A stretch of 61,406 bases of DNA, counting the filler. It is 4 parts of 4 records of this genome, joined end to end, with 100 filler letters (N's around TTAATTAATTAA, not from the genome) between each part and the next. Parts side by side here need not be neighbours in the genome. Positions count along the whole stretch, not along the records: positions 29,102 to 55,910 come from SRR31156797_8747; 3 more parts are not named here. The stretch is one strand, 5' to 3'. Position 1 is the stretch's first letter. Every line of letters begins with the position of its first letter. A program made the position numbers and the translations under genes. A model generated the notes under the pieces. The model was not told where the DNA came from, ran no database searches, and worked only from the letters and a program-made list of their open reading frames with translations. This document shows positions 31,283-40,673 of the stretch, in pieces.

Positions 31283-31555
31283 TCAGGAAGCAAACACCTT
31301 ACGAACAAGAGCCGTAACAATCGGATCGCCAGTATCCACAATACTCGCCGAATAAATCCACTCCCTGTTAGCATTCCCGGAAATGGCAATAGCATTTTCC
31401 TCGTACTCAACCAGATTAAGCTCTCCGTTTTCTGGAGGAACACTGTCCTGGATACGGGTTGAAGTCAGCCTGAAAGAAGAAAAAGGAACGTGTTCCGGGA
31501 ATACAAGCTCAAAAACGCCGCTTTTTACGATACCAATAAATATTTTGTCCATCAT
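31283..31555 (-). CDS. Small hypothetical protein
   Basis: 90-aa ORF with GGGGA RBS, co-oriented with the cluster. Confidence 0.7.
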   Translation of the reverse strand: MMDKIFIGIVKSGVFELVFPEHVPFSSFRLTSTRIQDSVPPENGELNLVEYEENAIAISGNANREWIYSASIVDTGDPIVTALVRKVFAS

Positions 31556-31606
31556 TCTTCCCCATAAATAAGGTCAATAAATGAACTGCCACAAGTCTGC
31601 ATATGG

Positions 31607-32116
31607 TCAGGTTTGCTCTGATTTTCGCCTGGCTGAACCAAACAGGTAACCAGCAACAGCACCGAGCAGTCCAATAGGCGCAGTCAACTGTTCTGTTGTC
31701 AGAGCGGACACAGCTATAAAAATAGTCCCCTCAATCACCAGGATAAGTCCCACCGCATTCACCAGTGATTCACTTGAGCAATTAGGTATTTTTTTAAGAC
31801 AAAATAAGACCAGCGCTAACATCACCGGAGTAGAAAGAACGATACCACCAAGCATCCACATCCGATGTTTTTCCTGCAACATCCGAAACTCTGCATCCTT
31901 AGTATACAAAGCAATGTCAACAGCAGCCTCCTCCTGCGAGGGAAGAGTAGCAGATAATTGCTGGGAAGGTGCTCCCTGGATTATTTTATCCGCCAGGATA
32001 GATTCTGCAGGAGGCCCCTTTTGCTCCCCATAAACTAAGGCAGTCGTGTAAGGAAAGTTCCCCAACCAAGCACAAAAAGCTGCACTGAAAATTGAAACAA
32101 CTAGCAACATACGCAT
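31607..32116 (-). CDS. Hypothetical membrane protein (signal peptide plus three TM helices)
   Basis: GGAGG RBS; hydrophobic N-terminus; C-terminal TM segments ending LLGAVAGYLFG. Confidence 0.75.
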   Translation of the reverse strand: MRMLLVVSIFSAAFCAWLGNFPYTTALVYGEQKGPPAESILADKIIQGAPSQQLSATLPSQEEAAVDIALYTKDAEFRMLQEKHRMWMLGGIVLSTPVMLALVLFCLKKIPNCSSESLVNAVGLILVIEGTIFIAVSALTTEQLTAPIGLLGAVAGYLFGSARRKSEQT

Positions 32117-32138
32117 ACCAATCCTCCCGCACCCACCC

Positions 32139-32498
32139 TTATCGGCATTGACTGGAGATTATTTGTTCATTCAATGCATTGAGAAAACGGCTGTAATAGT
32201 TCCTATCCTCTGTGGTCCTCGCATCATGGTATTGCTTCTGCAGCGTCCCCCGGATTCTCTTAAGATCTGAGCAGGAGTAGGTGCTTATATCCCTTCTAAA
32301 CTGACGTACCTTTTGATCTGTTTGAGAGACTTGTTGCTGCGGAACAACCTGTTGAAACTGCTGGGTTGCCCTGTTAGGCGTTGGGAACGGTCGTAATTCT
32401 GCAGCAAATGACGCCACCGCAACATGAAGGATGACCACTAAAATAATAATCAGCCAGCCCAAGCGACACATTCGCTCATTTAGTTTAAAAACAAGCAT
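32139..32498 (-). CDS. Hypothetical secreted helical protein
   Basis: GGAGG RBS before ATG at 32498; signal peptide ending ASFA; Gln-rich linker; two Cys in the mature part. Confidence 0.7.
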   Translation of the reverse strand: MLVFKLNERMCRLGWLIIILVVILHVAVASFAAELRPFPTPNRATQQFQQVVPQQQVSQTDQKVRQFRRDISTYSCSDLKRIRGTLQKQYHDARTTEDRNYYSRFLNALNEQIISSQCR

Positions 32499-32736
32499 GC
32501 TCCCCTCCCATTTCAACGATGATGGACTTGGTAAAAATCCATCATCTGGTAAAAGATGGCTACATTAAAACATAACTATAGTTTTGGTATGCCTAGTCCC
32601 GTAAAAAGTATATTGACATAGCATAAATTTACTTCCATGATGTGTACCTGCTCGTCTACAAAGAAAAAGGTCCACACCCCATAAAGATTATTACCTCACG
32701 TTTTTCTCGCCCTACAATTTTTCCTCGTCTCGCCGG

Positions 32737-34620
32737 TTAAACGGTAACATCACCAGGTCCATTGACAATCCGATGGCCCCGATGTTCAACCATGCCGAGA
32801 GGGTCGTGCATGGCAAGTCGTCCAAAATGCAAACCAGCCTTACTTTCCACCAGCTGCACAGGGACCTGATAGGTCTTATACGCACCAAAAACAAACTCCA
32901 GGTCTTCTATAAATCTTGATTGGCTCAAAAGATACGCCGAAGCAGAAAGTTGACCGGTGAACGTGTTAATACAGACAACAACCTTCCAATACTCCTGCGG
33001 AATAAGCACATCTCTGTATTCTCTATCGCAGGGACCGAACACCGGGCCAGTAAAAACACTCACTTTCAAATCATGGAGTGCGGCGTTGTCTAGAATATAT
33101 TCCTCAAGGTCCAACCAACTCCTCTGATTGAGCTGCGCATGTTGTGGATGGGCATTGGTGTAGAAAAATGTGTCATCCGCTGCCTGAGCGGCCTCCTCTC
33201 TCGTGTCCCCCCAAGCAGGATCAAGTCGCCGCACCATGTGACCGCGATCCAATGGATTGTTTTTGTACAGCTCGTTCCCGGCCTGATATATTTCCTCCAT
33301 TCGCGGATCCAGTCCCCACCTGTCGCGACGGCGGGGTATCTTATAGAGCTTCCCGCCATCTATATTGCATGCAGTAAACAATGCCAGACGACGACTCTTA
33401 TGCATAGCCAGCGAGAAATGGAGATAATGAAGATAGGGTTCCTCGCTATTTTGTACAGGAGCCACTACACCTGGATTAACTGTAGGAAAGGCAACTTCCT
33501 GCCCTAAAAACAAAGGGTCATACCCTTCACGGGCCTCCAAATCTGCCTGGGTAGGTTTCTTTTCCGCAGCACCGGGGCTTGGCAGTAATATAGTACTGCG
33601 GCCATATAGATCTGCGAGCTTGCTCTTAATAGTTTCATTGGTGACAGCAAAATTATTTTCTTTATAGGAACCGGCAAAGTGGAGGCCGGCAGCTTTACCA
33701 TCTTTAAGGTTGACCACCACCGAACCTGAATTGCCCCCCAGGGTCGTACAATCATGGGTCAAGATAAACCGGTCCTCACGAACACCGGTTACACGCCCAG
33801 GGCTGAGTCGTTTAACATTGTAGATATTTTTAAAGAGACGCTGCATGATAAATGGATCATTTCTTCCTGCATCCTTTGCTGGATATCCAATAACAGCAAT
33901 ATCATCGTTTCTCTGCACCTGAAGGGATGAAAGCTCAATCGGCTGCGGCAACCCCTCGACTTTTTCCAGCCGAATCAAGGCCATATCAGGCCTTTCCGGC
34001 CCTTCTTTTTCAATAAAAGCAATATCAACAACTCCAACTTCAAAGGCTGGATTTGGAGATGTATACTCTTCGTTAAAATCTACCTGTACCCCTAACTGCG
34101 CACCAAAAGGAGTGGTGCGGAGGACAATATGGCTGCCAGAGTGATAGGCAAAAACGTTTGCAACATGACGGTTGGTAATCATCACATCTTCATCTATCAT
34201 CCACCCGGTCCCGACATACTCCATGGTGGGATCATTCACCAGCTCCACACGCCCTACTTTAGGGATGGCCAGCTGGAGATAGTCTGTTGCAGGCTCTATT
34301 CTATTTTTTACCACCTGCAGCTCTGGTTCTTCCCATTGTCCGTCTCGAATAAGCAAAGCAGGCCGTCCTGTAGCAAGTATGATGGCCTCAGGTAATGCAA
34401 ACCCTGCGGGAACGCCTTCCTTTTCGTCAAGAAGCGCATCAATCCCTTTGTGCTCTCGTTCCTGCAGCCGTACCCCCATCCCTGCCTGCAAGGCTGGAAA
34501 TTCGACCGACTCATTGAGCATTTCCTGCAGCGTTCCCACCTTATCCTTTAGTTCGGAAACAACTTCTTCATCGGCGAGTAGAGAAGCTAATGGAGCATTT
34601 TCATATTTTTTTCTACCCAT
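32737..34620 (-). CDS. Trypsin-like serine protease fused to a DNA/RNA non-specific (NucA/EndoG-type) endonuclease
   Basis: Protease triad TNRHV / DMALIRL / DCTTLGGNSGS. Nuclease DRGHMVRR, TNAHPQH..LNQ..W..LE, VFTGPVF and IPQEYWKV. No signal peptide. Confidence 0.92.
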   Translation of the reverse strand: MGRKKYENAPLASLLADEEVVSELKDKVGTLQEMLNESVEFPALQAGMGVRLQEREHKGIDALLDEKEGVPAGFALPEAIILATGRPALLIRDGQWEEPELQVVKNRIEPATDYLQLAIPKVGRVELVNDPTMEYVGTGWMIDEDVMITNRHVANVFAYHSGSHIVLRTTPFGAQLGVQVDFNEEYTSPNPAFEVGVVDIAFIEKEGPERPDMALIRLEKVEGLPQPIELSSLQVQRNDDIAVIGYPAKDAGRNDPFIMQRLFKNIYNVKRLSPGRVTGVREDRFILTHDCTTLGGNSGSVVVNLKDGKAAGLHFAGSYKENNFAVTNETIKSKLADLYGRSTILLPSPGAAEKKPTQADLEAREGYDPLFLGQEVAFPTVNPGVVAPVQNSEEPYLHYLHFSLAMHKSRRLALFTACNIDGGKLYKIPRRRDRWGLDPRMEEIYQAGNELYKNNPLDRGHMVRRLDPAWGDTREEAAQAADDTFFYTNAHPQHAQLNQRSWLDLEEYILDNAALHDLKVSVFTGPVFGPCDREYRDVLIPQEYWKVVVCINTFTGQLSASAYLLSQSRFIEDLEFVFGAYKTYQVPVQLVESKAGLHFGRLAMHDPLGMVEHRGHRIVNGPGDVTV

Positions 34621-34714
34621 TGATGCTTCTCCTTATTCCAGAAAATGGAAATAATTAAAGGTGACAAAATAGGTTGTTCTCCCAGGCATTTCATGAGACT
34701 TTCACCACTAACAC

Positions 34715-34729
34715 GCAATTGCCATACCA
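34715..34729 (-). promoter_or_regulatory. Sigma54 (-24/-12) promoter
   Basis: Minus strand reads TGGTATGGCAATTGC, i.e. GG-N10-GC with TTGC, about 95 nt upstream of the protease-nuclease start. Confidence 0.75.
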
Positions 34730-34811
34730 CCTGCATTGTAAAACTTCATAACGCGCAAGCGCCTCTTCTTCGGTTCTTTAGAGCAGCAGCCAACAAGAAT
34801 AGATTGCGAAA

Positions 34812-34852
34812 GTGGTTCATATACACCACCAGTGGTGGTTCATTTCGACCAC
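34812..34852. promoter_or_regulatory. Tandem palindromic enhancer (UAS) sites
   Basis: GTGGT-TCATATAC-ACCAC (34812-34829) and GTGGT-TCATTTCG-ACCAC (34835-34852), 23 bp apart. Confidence 0.7.
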
Positions 34853-35014
34853 CAACAATCACGACCATATAAATACACCTTTACCTGAAAGACAGAAGAA
34901 ATCACCCATCGGAGTTAATGGAAAAAAAGAAAGACGGGTAATAAAAAGGAGAGAGTGCAAAACAAAAACAGGCCCAACCTGCAGCACAATAGGCAGGAAG
35001 AACCTGTAACAGAG

Positions 35015-35062
35015 GCAAAAAACAATAGAGCCGCTAGACCGAATTTCTCATCAGGCTAGCGG
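35015..35062 (-). terminator. Possible terminator after the response regulator
   Basis: CCGCTAG...CTAGCGG hairpin followed on the minus strand by a T-rich stretch. Confidence 0.4.
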
Positions 35063-35089
35063 AGGGAAACTATAACTTACAGATTAGAA

Positions 35090-36427
35090 CTAAATTGTTC
35101 GGTTAATTGCAAATTTTTTCATGCGATAACGGAGGGTGTTCCTTGTTATGCCAAGTTTTCTTGCCGCCTTGGACTGATTCCATCCACTCTGTTCAAGCGC
35201 AGCCAGAATAAGATTCTTTTCCTGTGAGGACAGGTCCAAATAATCATTGGAACGATTCTGGGGGACGATATATTCCGATCGTATTTTCTCCGGCAGCAAA
35301 TCCTCTGAAATCGGACCATGCTGACAAACAAGCACGACTCTTTCCAGCACATTTCTAAGCTCTCGCACATTCCCCGGCCAATGATAACTTTTCAACAGCT
35401 GCAATACGCCGTCTGCCAAAATTAATGAAGATTTATTCTGCTCCCGGCAAAACAACTCAATAAAATAGTCAACCAACTCATCCAAATCAGCCCCGCGACT
35501 CCTGAGCGGCGGTACGCGCAAGGGATACATGTTGAGACGATGATAGAGGTCACTTCTAAACAGCCTGTTGTGAACCATTTGGTCAAGATTGCGATTAGTC
35601 GCGGCAAGGATCTTGACATCAACCAAGTGGGATTTTGAAGACCCCACAGGAGAGACTAATTTGTCCTCAACGGCATGCAAAATCTTCGGCTGCAGGTCTA
35701 GCGGGAGGTCACCGATTTCATCAAGAAAAATAGTTCCTTTATCTGCTTCAGCAAATGCGCCGTTTCTATTGTCGACTGCACCGGTAAAGGCTCCCCGGAC
35801 ATGTCCGAACAATTCACTTTCAAGCAGATCGTGGGGAATAGCCGCACAATTTACCCGTACAAAGGGTTTACCGGCCCGTGGGGAATGCGCATGAATGGAT
35901 TGGGCAATTAGCTCTTTGCCTGTACCTGACTCGCCAGTAATCAATACAGACATCAAGGTAGAGCCAATAAGTCTAATATCCTCATACAATTTATTCATTA
36001 CCTGAGAGGACCCCACCATCTTCTCCTCTCCCTGCAATCCATGAGAGACCCCAACTTCCTTTTGGGTATCTGCGATGGCTCGGGCTACGACTCGTACTAC
36101 TTCCCTATTGTCGATGGGTTTGGTCAGGTAATCATATGCGCCCTGTTTCATTGCAGTAACCGCACTCTGAATCGTCCCAAAAGCGGTAAGAATAATAAGG
36201 GGAATATTCTGGTACCTGCGGTTACGAAAATCAAGAACTTCAAGGCCATCAGCCCGTGCCATTTTCAAATCGGTCAACACAGCATGGGGCTCCATATCAC
36301 GCCACAGCAGCATTCCTTTCACACCGTCTTCCGCAGCCTGAACCTCATATCCTTCTTCGGAGAGGACCAAGGTCAATAAATGACGCATGCGCTCTTCGTC
36401 TTCAATCACAAGTACCCGGCTTTTCAT
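35090..36427 (-). CDS. Sigma54-dependent NtrC/AtoC-family response regulator
   Basis: REC domain VLTDLKM; GESGTGKE, GAFTGA, FLDEIG and WPGNVREL motifs; Fis-type HTH. Confidence 0.95.
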   Translation of the reverse strand: MKSRVLVIEDEERMRHLLTLVLSEEGYEVQAAEDGVKGMLLWRDMEPHAVLTDLKMARADGLEVLDFRNRRYQNIPLIILTAFGTIQSAVTAMKQGAYDYLTKPIDNREVVRVVARAIADTQKEVGVSHGLQGEEKMVGSSQVMNKLYEDIRLIGSTLMSVLITGESGTGKELIAQSIHAHSPRAGKPFVRVNCAAIPHDLLESELFGHVRGAFTGAVDNRNGAFAEADKGTIFLDEIGDLPLDLQPKILHAVEDKLVSPVGSSKSHLVDVKILAATNRNLDQMVHNRLFRSDLYHRLNMYPLRVPPLRSRGADLDELVDYFIELFCREQNKSSLILADGVLQLLKSYHWPGNVRELRNVLERVVLVCQHGPISEDLLPEKIRSEYIVPQNRSNDYLDLSSQEKNLILAALEQSGWNQSKAARKLGITRNTLRYRMKKFAINRTI

Positions 36428-36544
36428 ATACAATTATCCTGGTAATGATTCTGATAAAGCAATGCTATAGTTATCCTGCCTGATTGTACGCAGAGGTGAG
36501 CTCATACTCCGCGGGGTGCTGCGAGAGTTACCTGAAATTTAAGA

Positions 36545-38188
36545 CTATGTTTTGCCCACAGTAACCAGCGGTCTCAAGGGCAGCCTGATAATAACCATCG
36601 CCCCCTTTTCCCCGTTATTAATGAGTTTAATGCTCCCGTTATGGGCACGCACTACCTGCCTGCAAACAGGTAATCCCAACCCTACCCCTTTTTCTTTGGT
36701 AGTAAAAAATTTTTTGAAAATGAGTTTCAGGTCATCCTCAGCGACACCCGGCCCAGTATCAGCAACGATTATCTCAATCCGCTGCTGTTCTATTTCCCGA
36801 ATAGAAATGGTTATGATTCCCCCTGTCTCCATTGCCTCTTCACTGTTCGCCACGCAATTAAAGAGCACCTGCCGCAACTGTTTAAAGTCTGCATAAAGAA
36901 CCGGCAGCTTATCAGGTAAACTGACCTTAATTGCCACATTCTGTGAATGCTCTTCACATACCACCCATTTACTCACAAAATCCTTAATCTCAAACTGCAG
37001 ATCGACCTTTCTGAATTGAGGTGGTTTATGGCGGGCAAGTCCAAGAAGATTATTGATAACCAGATTCAAGCTATCCACCTCTTCAATAACATACTGCAGC
37101 AAATTTTCCTGAACGTCCACACTGCGCTGTTCACTTAAAAGGTACTGGGCTGAACTCCTGATAATTCCCAGAGGATTGATTAATTCGTGGGCCAGCATAG
37201 CCGTCATTTCCCCGAGGGCTGCCATTTTTTCCGCCTGCACCAGTTTGTGAAAAGTTGTCTGCAACTGGTCATTACTCCCTGCAAGCGACTCAAAGTTAAG
37301 GGCATTCTCGACTGCAGTGGACACTTGACTCGCTAAAATACTAAAAACCTGAACATCACGGCTTATATAAGAGGTACCGTCTTTTCTGGGACCAAGCAGG
37401 AGCATTCCCGCAAAAAGCGATCCCCCTTGCAGCCCGTACACCAATGAAAACCCGGCCTCTTTAATTTCAAGAAGTTCCGCGCTCAAAGCTGTGTCCCCTA
37501 CTATTCGTTTGCAGAAAAAAGATTGCTGCCCGTCGCGCAGTAAATTAATCAGGCGGCTTTTAGACCAGAGACTGGACCCAAACCGCAAGTTTTCCGGGTA
37601 CAGGCGGCTACGTTTTTCTTCCATGATCATCAAGCCGATACCAGTTACCTGCAGTCTCTTGGGTAATTCATCTACGAGGATATCCACTAAATCGGGAAGC
37701 TGCAAGGTAGTGGCAATTCTCCCGCTGAACTCGCAAAGCAGATTCTGGTAATCTGGGCGACTGCCAAAGATTACACGGTCCACGGTATATTGCACCAAAC
37801 GCCTCAACGGACTATAGGCCAGGGCACAGCCAAGTATAATCAGCAGTAAAAATTCGGTCGGTGCGTCACGGGAATTAGGGGAAAGCTGATCAAGGATTGC
37901 CAGCAGACAGGCATATAAACCATAAAGCATACCTAACAAGACACCAAAGGTCAGGCCGCTGCTCAACAACCGGTCAATGCCTACTTTAAGAAAAAAAAAC
38001 GGGGCCAGAAAAAGAAAAAGAGACACAGCCCCGGCTGTGGACAGCGATACCGAAAGGGAAACAAGTGAATGGTCTAGAATAAGTTGAGGCAGCATGTACA
38101 AATAAACAAAGACAAGTACCCCAAACCATAAACCTATGAAGAGAAGAATCGGCAGGTCTTTTTTGCTTATTTGAAAAAATCGAAACAT
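36545..38188 (-). CDS. Membrane sensor histidine kinase with GAF-like domain
   Basis: N-terminal TM helices; AEKMAALG..AHELINPLG H-box; DTGPG and FFTTKEKGVGLGL. Confidence 0.92.
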   Translation of the reverse strand: MFRFFQISKKDLPILLFIGLWFGVLVFVYLYMLPQLILDHSLVSLSVSLSTAGAVSLFLFLAPFFFLKVGIDRLLSSGLTFGVLLGMLYGLYACLLAILDQLSPNSRDAPTEFLLLIILGCALAYSPLRRLVQYTVDRVIFGSRPDYQNLLCEFSGRIATTLQLPDLVDILVDELPKRLQVTGIGLMIMEEKRSRLYPENLRFGSSLWSKSRLINLLRDGQQSFFCKRIVGDTALSAELLEIKEAGFSLVYGLQGGSLFAGMLLLGPRKDGTSYISRDVQVFSILASQVSTAVENALNFESLAGSNDQLQTTFHKLVQAEKMAALGEMTAMLAHELINPLGIIRSSAQYLLSEQRSVDVQENLLQYVIEEVDSLNLVINNLLGLARHKPPQFRKVDLQFEIKDFVSKWVVCEEHSQNVAIKVSLPDKLPVLYADFKQLRQVLFNCVANSEEAMETGGIITISIREIEQQRIEIIVADTGPGVAEDDLKLIFKKFFTTKEKGVGLGLPVCRQVVRAHNGSIKLINNGEKGAMVIIRLPLRPLVTVGKT

Positions 38189-38510
38189 AATGGATGCGCT
38201 GACCGGAAATTATTCTTTTGAATATATGAGGACAGTACCTGCTTGCCCTATTCATGCCAGGCAATCGTCCTGGCTCATACTTCCACCGAGTGCATTTGAT
38301 TACGGGCATTGCACATCAGGCACTCCTGTTTACCGCCAGTAGTCCAGAGTTATCTTAGTTCATAACAATTATACCAAACAACCGAGTTAATCGTCAACAT
38401 TTCAGAGGTTTACGGAAAAAGCCTTGTCCTGCAAGTACTTTTAGGCTGCAGCTGGTAAAAAACACTGACAGAAACAAGAAGACACCAAAAACTTGTAAAG
38501 ACCGAACCAT

Positions 38511-39803
38511 TTATGCCGAATCGATATTTTCTTTATGTAACCGAGTCAAGTACAGCCACCATAGGCTGCCCGGTACCATAAACAACAAGGCCAGAACCAC
38601 AACGATACTCCTTGGAGAAAACCCGGCATCCATGGCCTGCCCTGTTGCCAGGGTTGACAGACTCATAACCAATGTAAGCATTGTCATCTCCACTGCAAAG
38701 ACTCTTCCGCGAAACTGCTCCTCAACCCGCAAATGTAGGAGAGCGGAACTAAATACCCACTGAATGGCACCACCGACATGCCCCACCAGGACAAAGATTC
38801 CAGCAATAAAAATATTGGGAGCCTGGCTAAACAGCAGGTAGGCACAGGCAGAGATTGCAAAGGCGGCTCCAATCGCACGACGCATACCTCTAGAATCAGC
38901 ACCAAAAAAACGCCAAGCCAAGAACGGACCGATGGCTGCCCCAATGCCGCGCATGGAGTAGAGTGCGCCGCTCAAACCACCACGACCGCCATCAGAAAAG
39001 ACCTGCTCACCAAAAACTGTCAGCATAACCAGAATACCTCCGGACAGTGCCCATCCACTTTTTACCAACAGGAGTACAGCAACCCGTGAATTACTCCGAA
39101 CATACTGCAGACCTTCAACAAATGCAGGTAGGCCTGTAAGTCTGGCAAGGGACAATTCTCGTTTCTTCCGTGGTCGCAAACTCAAAACCACAGTACTGAC
39201 AAGAAGTGCAGAGCCCAAAAAAGTAAACACATCAATAACGATAGCAGCCTTCCAGCCGAACCAGGCTGTCACAAACCCGCCGAGAGCAGCGCCCAAGGCC
39301 AGGTTGACCGACCAGGAGGCACCGAAAAGGCCATTAGCCACATTCAACTCTTCCTTACTGCATAGATCTGGAATGGCTGCCTGACGCGCAGGATGATTAA
39401 AGGTCCATGCAGACTCCTGCAAAAAAGCCAGCAGGTAAATAAGCCATACCTGAGAATCCAGCCCTGCCAGCAGATACCCCGCAACCACCAAGGCCCGAAG
39501 TAAATCGCAGGTTATCATAATTTTCTTTCGGTTGAATCGATCTGCAACCACGCCAGCAAAGGGACCCAAAAGTGTTGTTGGTAAAAATTTGGCTACCAAA
39601 AACCAACTGATGGCCTCACCAGATCCGGTAAGATCGGTCAACGCAACAAAGATGGCTATATAATTAAACCAATCACCAATCTGGCTGACGATGGTGGCAA
39701 TCCAAAAGCGTCGGAATTTTTGATTGGTTCGTAAAAACTTTAGATATGACCCCAGCTTTCCCGCTCTCAACGACTCCGGATAACCATGCTCACTCTTTGC
39801 CAT
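38511..39803 (-). CDS. MFS transporter
   Basis: GVVADRFNRKK motif A; about 12 TM segments. Confidence 0.9.
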   Translation of the reverse strand: MAKSEHGYPESLRAGKLGSYLKFLRTNQKFRRFWIATIVSQIGDWFNYIAIFVALTDLTGSGEAISWFLVAKFLPTTLLGPFAGVVADRFNRKKIMITCDLLRALVVAGYLLAGLDSQVWLIYLLAFLQESAWTFNHPARQAAIPDLCSKEELNVANGLFGASWSVNLALGAALGGFVTAWFGWKAAIVIDVFTFLGSALLVSTVVLSLRPRKKRELSLARLTGLPAFVEGLQYVRSNSRVAVLLLVKSGWALSGGILVMLTVFGEQVFSDGGRGGLSGALYSMRGIGAAIGPFLAWRFFGADSRGMRRAIGAAFAISACAYLLFSQAPNIFIAGIFVLVGHVGGAIQWVFSSALLHLRVEEQFRGRVFAVEMTMLTLVMSLSTLATGQAMDAGFSPRSIVVVLALLFMVPGSLWWLYLTRLHKENIDSA

Positions 39804-39854
39804 AAACGTATAAAGGTAAAAAATAGGTTAGGATTCAGGTAAAAGGCAAAATAA

Positions 39855-40403
39855 CTACTTACAAGGGGGAACTCGCCCCACAGTACACAGCACTCCCTGA
39901 GCGAGAAGGGCAGATACGGTATTCAAACCAATATCTCGTATATCACCAACCCGGTTTGGCCGAATCCACTGCACCAGCTCATCGCCTACGCCAGCGGCTG
40001 TAACAATCAGCAACGCGGCCACGTGTAAACGCCACCCGACGAGTCTGCCGGTCAACGCCTCAGTTACGAGCCATGCAAGGATTCCATACTGGACAAGATG
40101 GAATTTTTCTGCTGGGATCTCCAGTAGATATAAAACAGCAACGTAGCAACTTATCAGCAACAAAAAAATTGACCTTGTCAACAGTGTTCCGGTACGTAGT
40201 GACTGCACTCCTCTTCCAAGGATAAAGGTGAGCAAAAAGGTGCATCCTAGCGCTGGTAGCCATCGGTACCAACTGCCTAAAGCAGCCATGAGCCAAAGCT
40301 GCAGGTCGCGCGCACTTCCCGATCCTACGTATAAGAGCAGAATATATAAAAATGCCAGTAAAGCAAAGCGATCAGGGCGTGACAATTGTATATCCTCTGT
40401 CAT
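39855..40403 (-). CDS. VanZ-like membrane protein
   Basis: EKFHLVQYGIL and DELVQWIRPNRVGDIRDIGLN motifs. Confidence 0.8.
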   Translation of the reverse strand: MTEDIQLSRPDRFALLAFLYILLLYVGSGSARDLQLWLMAALGSWYRWLPALGCTFLLTFILGRGVQSLRTGTLLTRSIFLLLISCYVAVLYLLEIPAEKFHLVQYGILAWLVTEALTGRLVGWRLHVAALLIVTAAGVGDELVQWIRPNRVGDIRDIGLNTVSALLAQGVLCTVGRVPPCK

Positions 40404-40673
40404 ACACGAGCTGTATTACACCTTTTTGTCTCTCTTCAAAAAGAGCAATTTTCATCTTTCCAACCTCCATACAGGACAGACCCAACAACATAAAAATCTG
40501 CAATACTCCATTAAGGTCCATGGATATAACCTGACTCAAGAACAGATAATACATCTGTCATGAAAAAAGTATAAAAGAGGGGGTGATTATTTCATCTCAG
40601 TGGTGTCTATTCTTTCCCGAAAATAAGAAGTATCTTCTGACAAATAACTGCCTGACCATACACTGGATAAAAA

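Noticed and set aside
38244-38260. TGGCATGAATAGGGC upstream of the sensor kinase as a second sigma54 promoter
   Set aside because: It has GG-N10-GC spacing but lacks the TT of the -12 element and has no enhancer repeat nearby; too weak to call.
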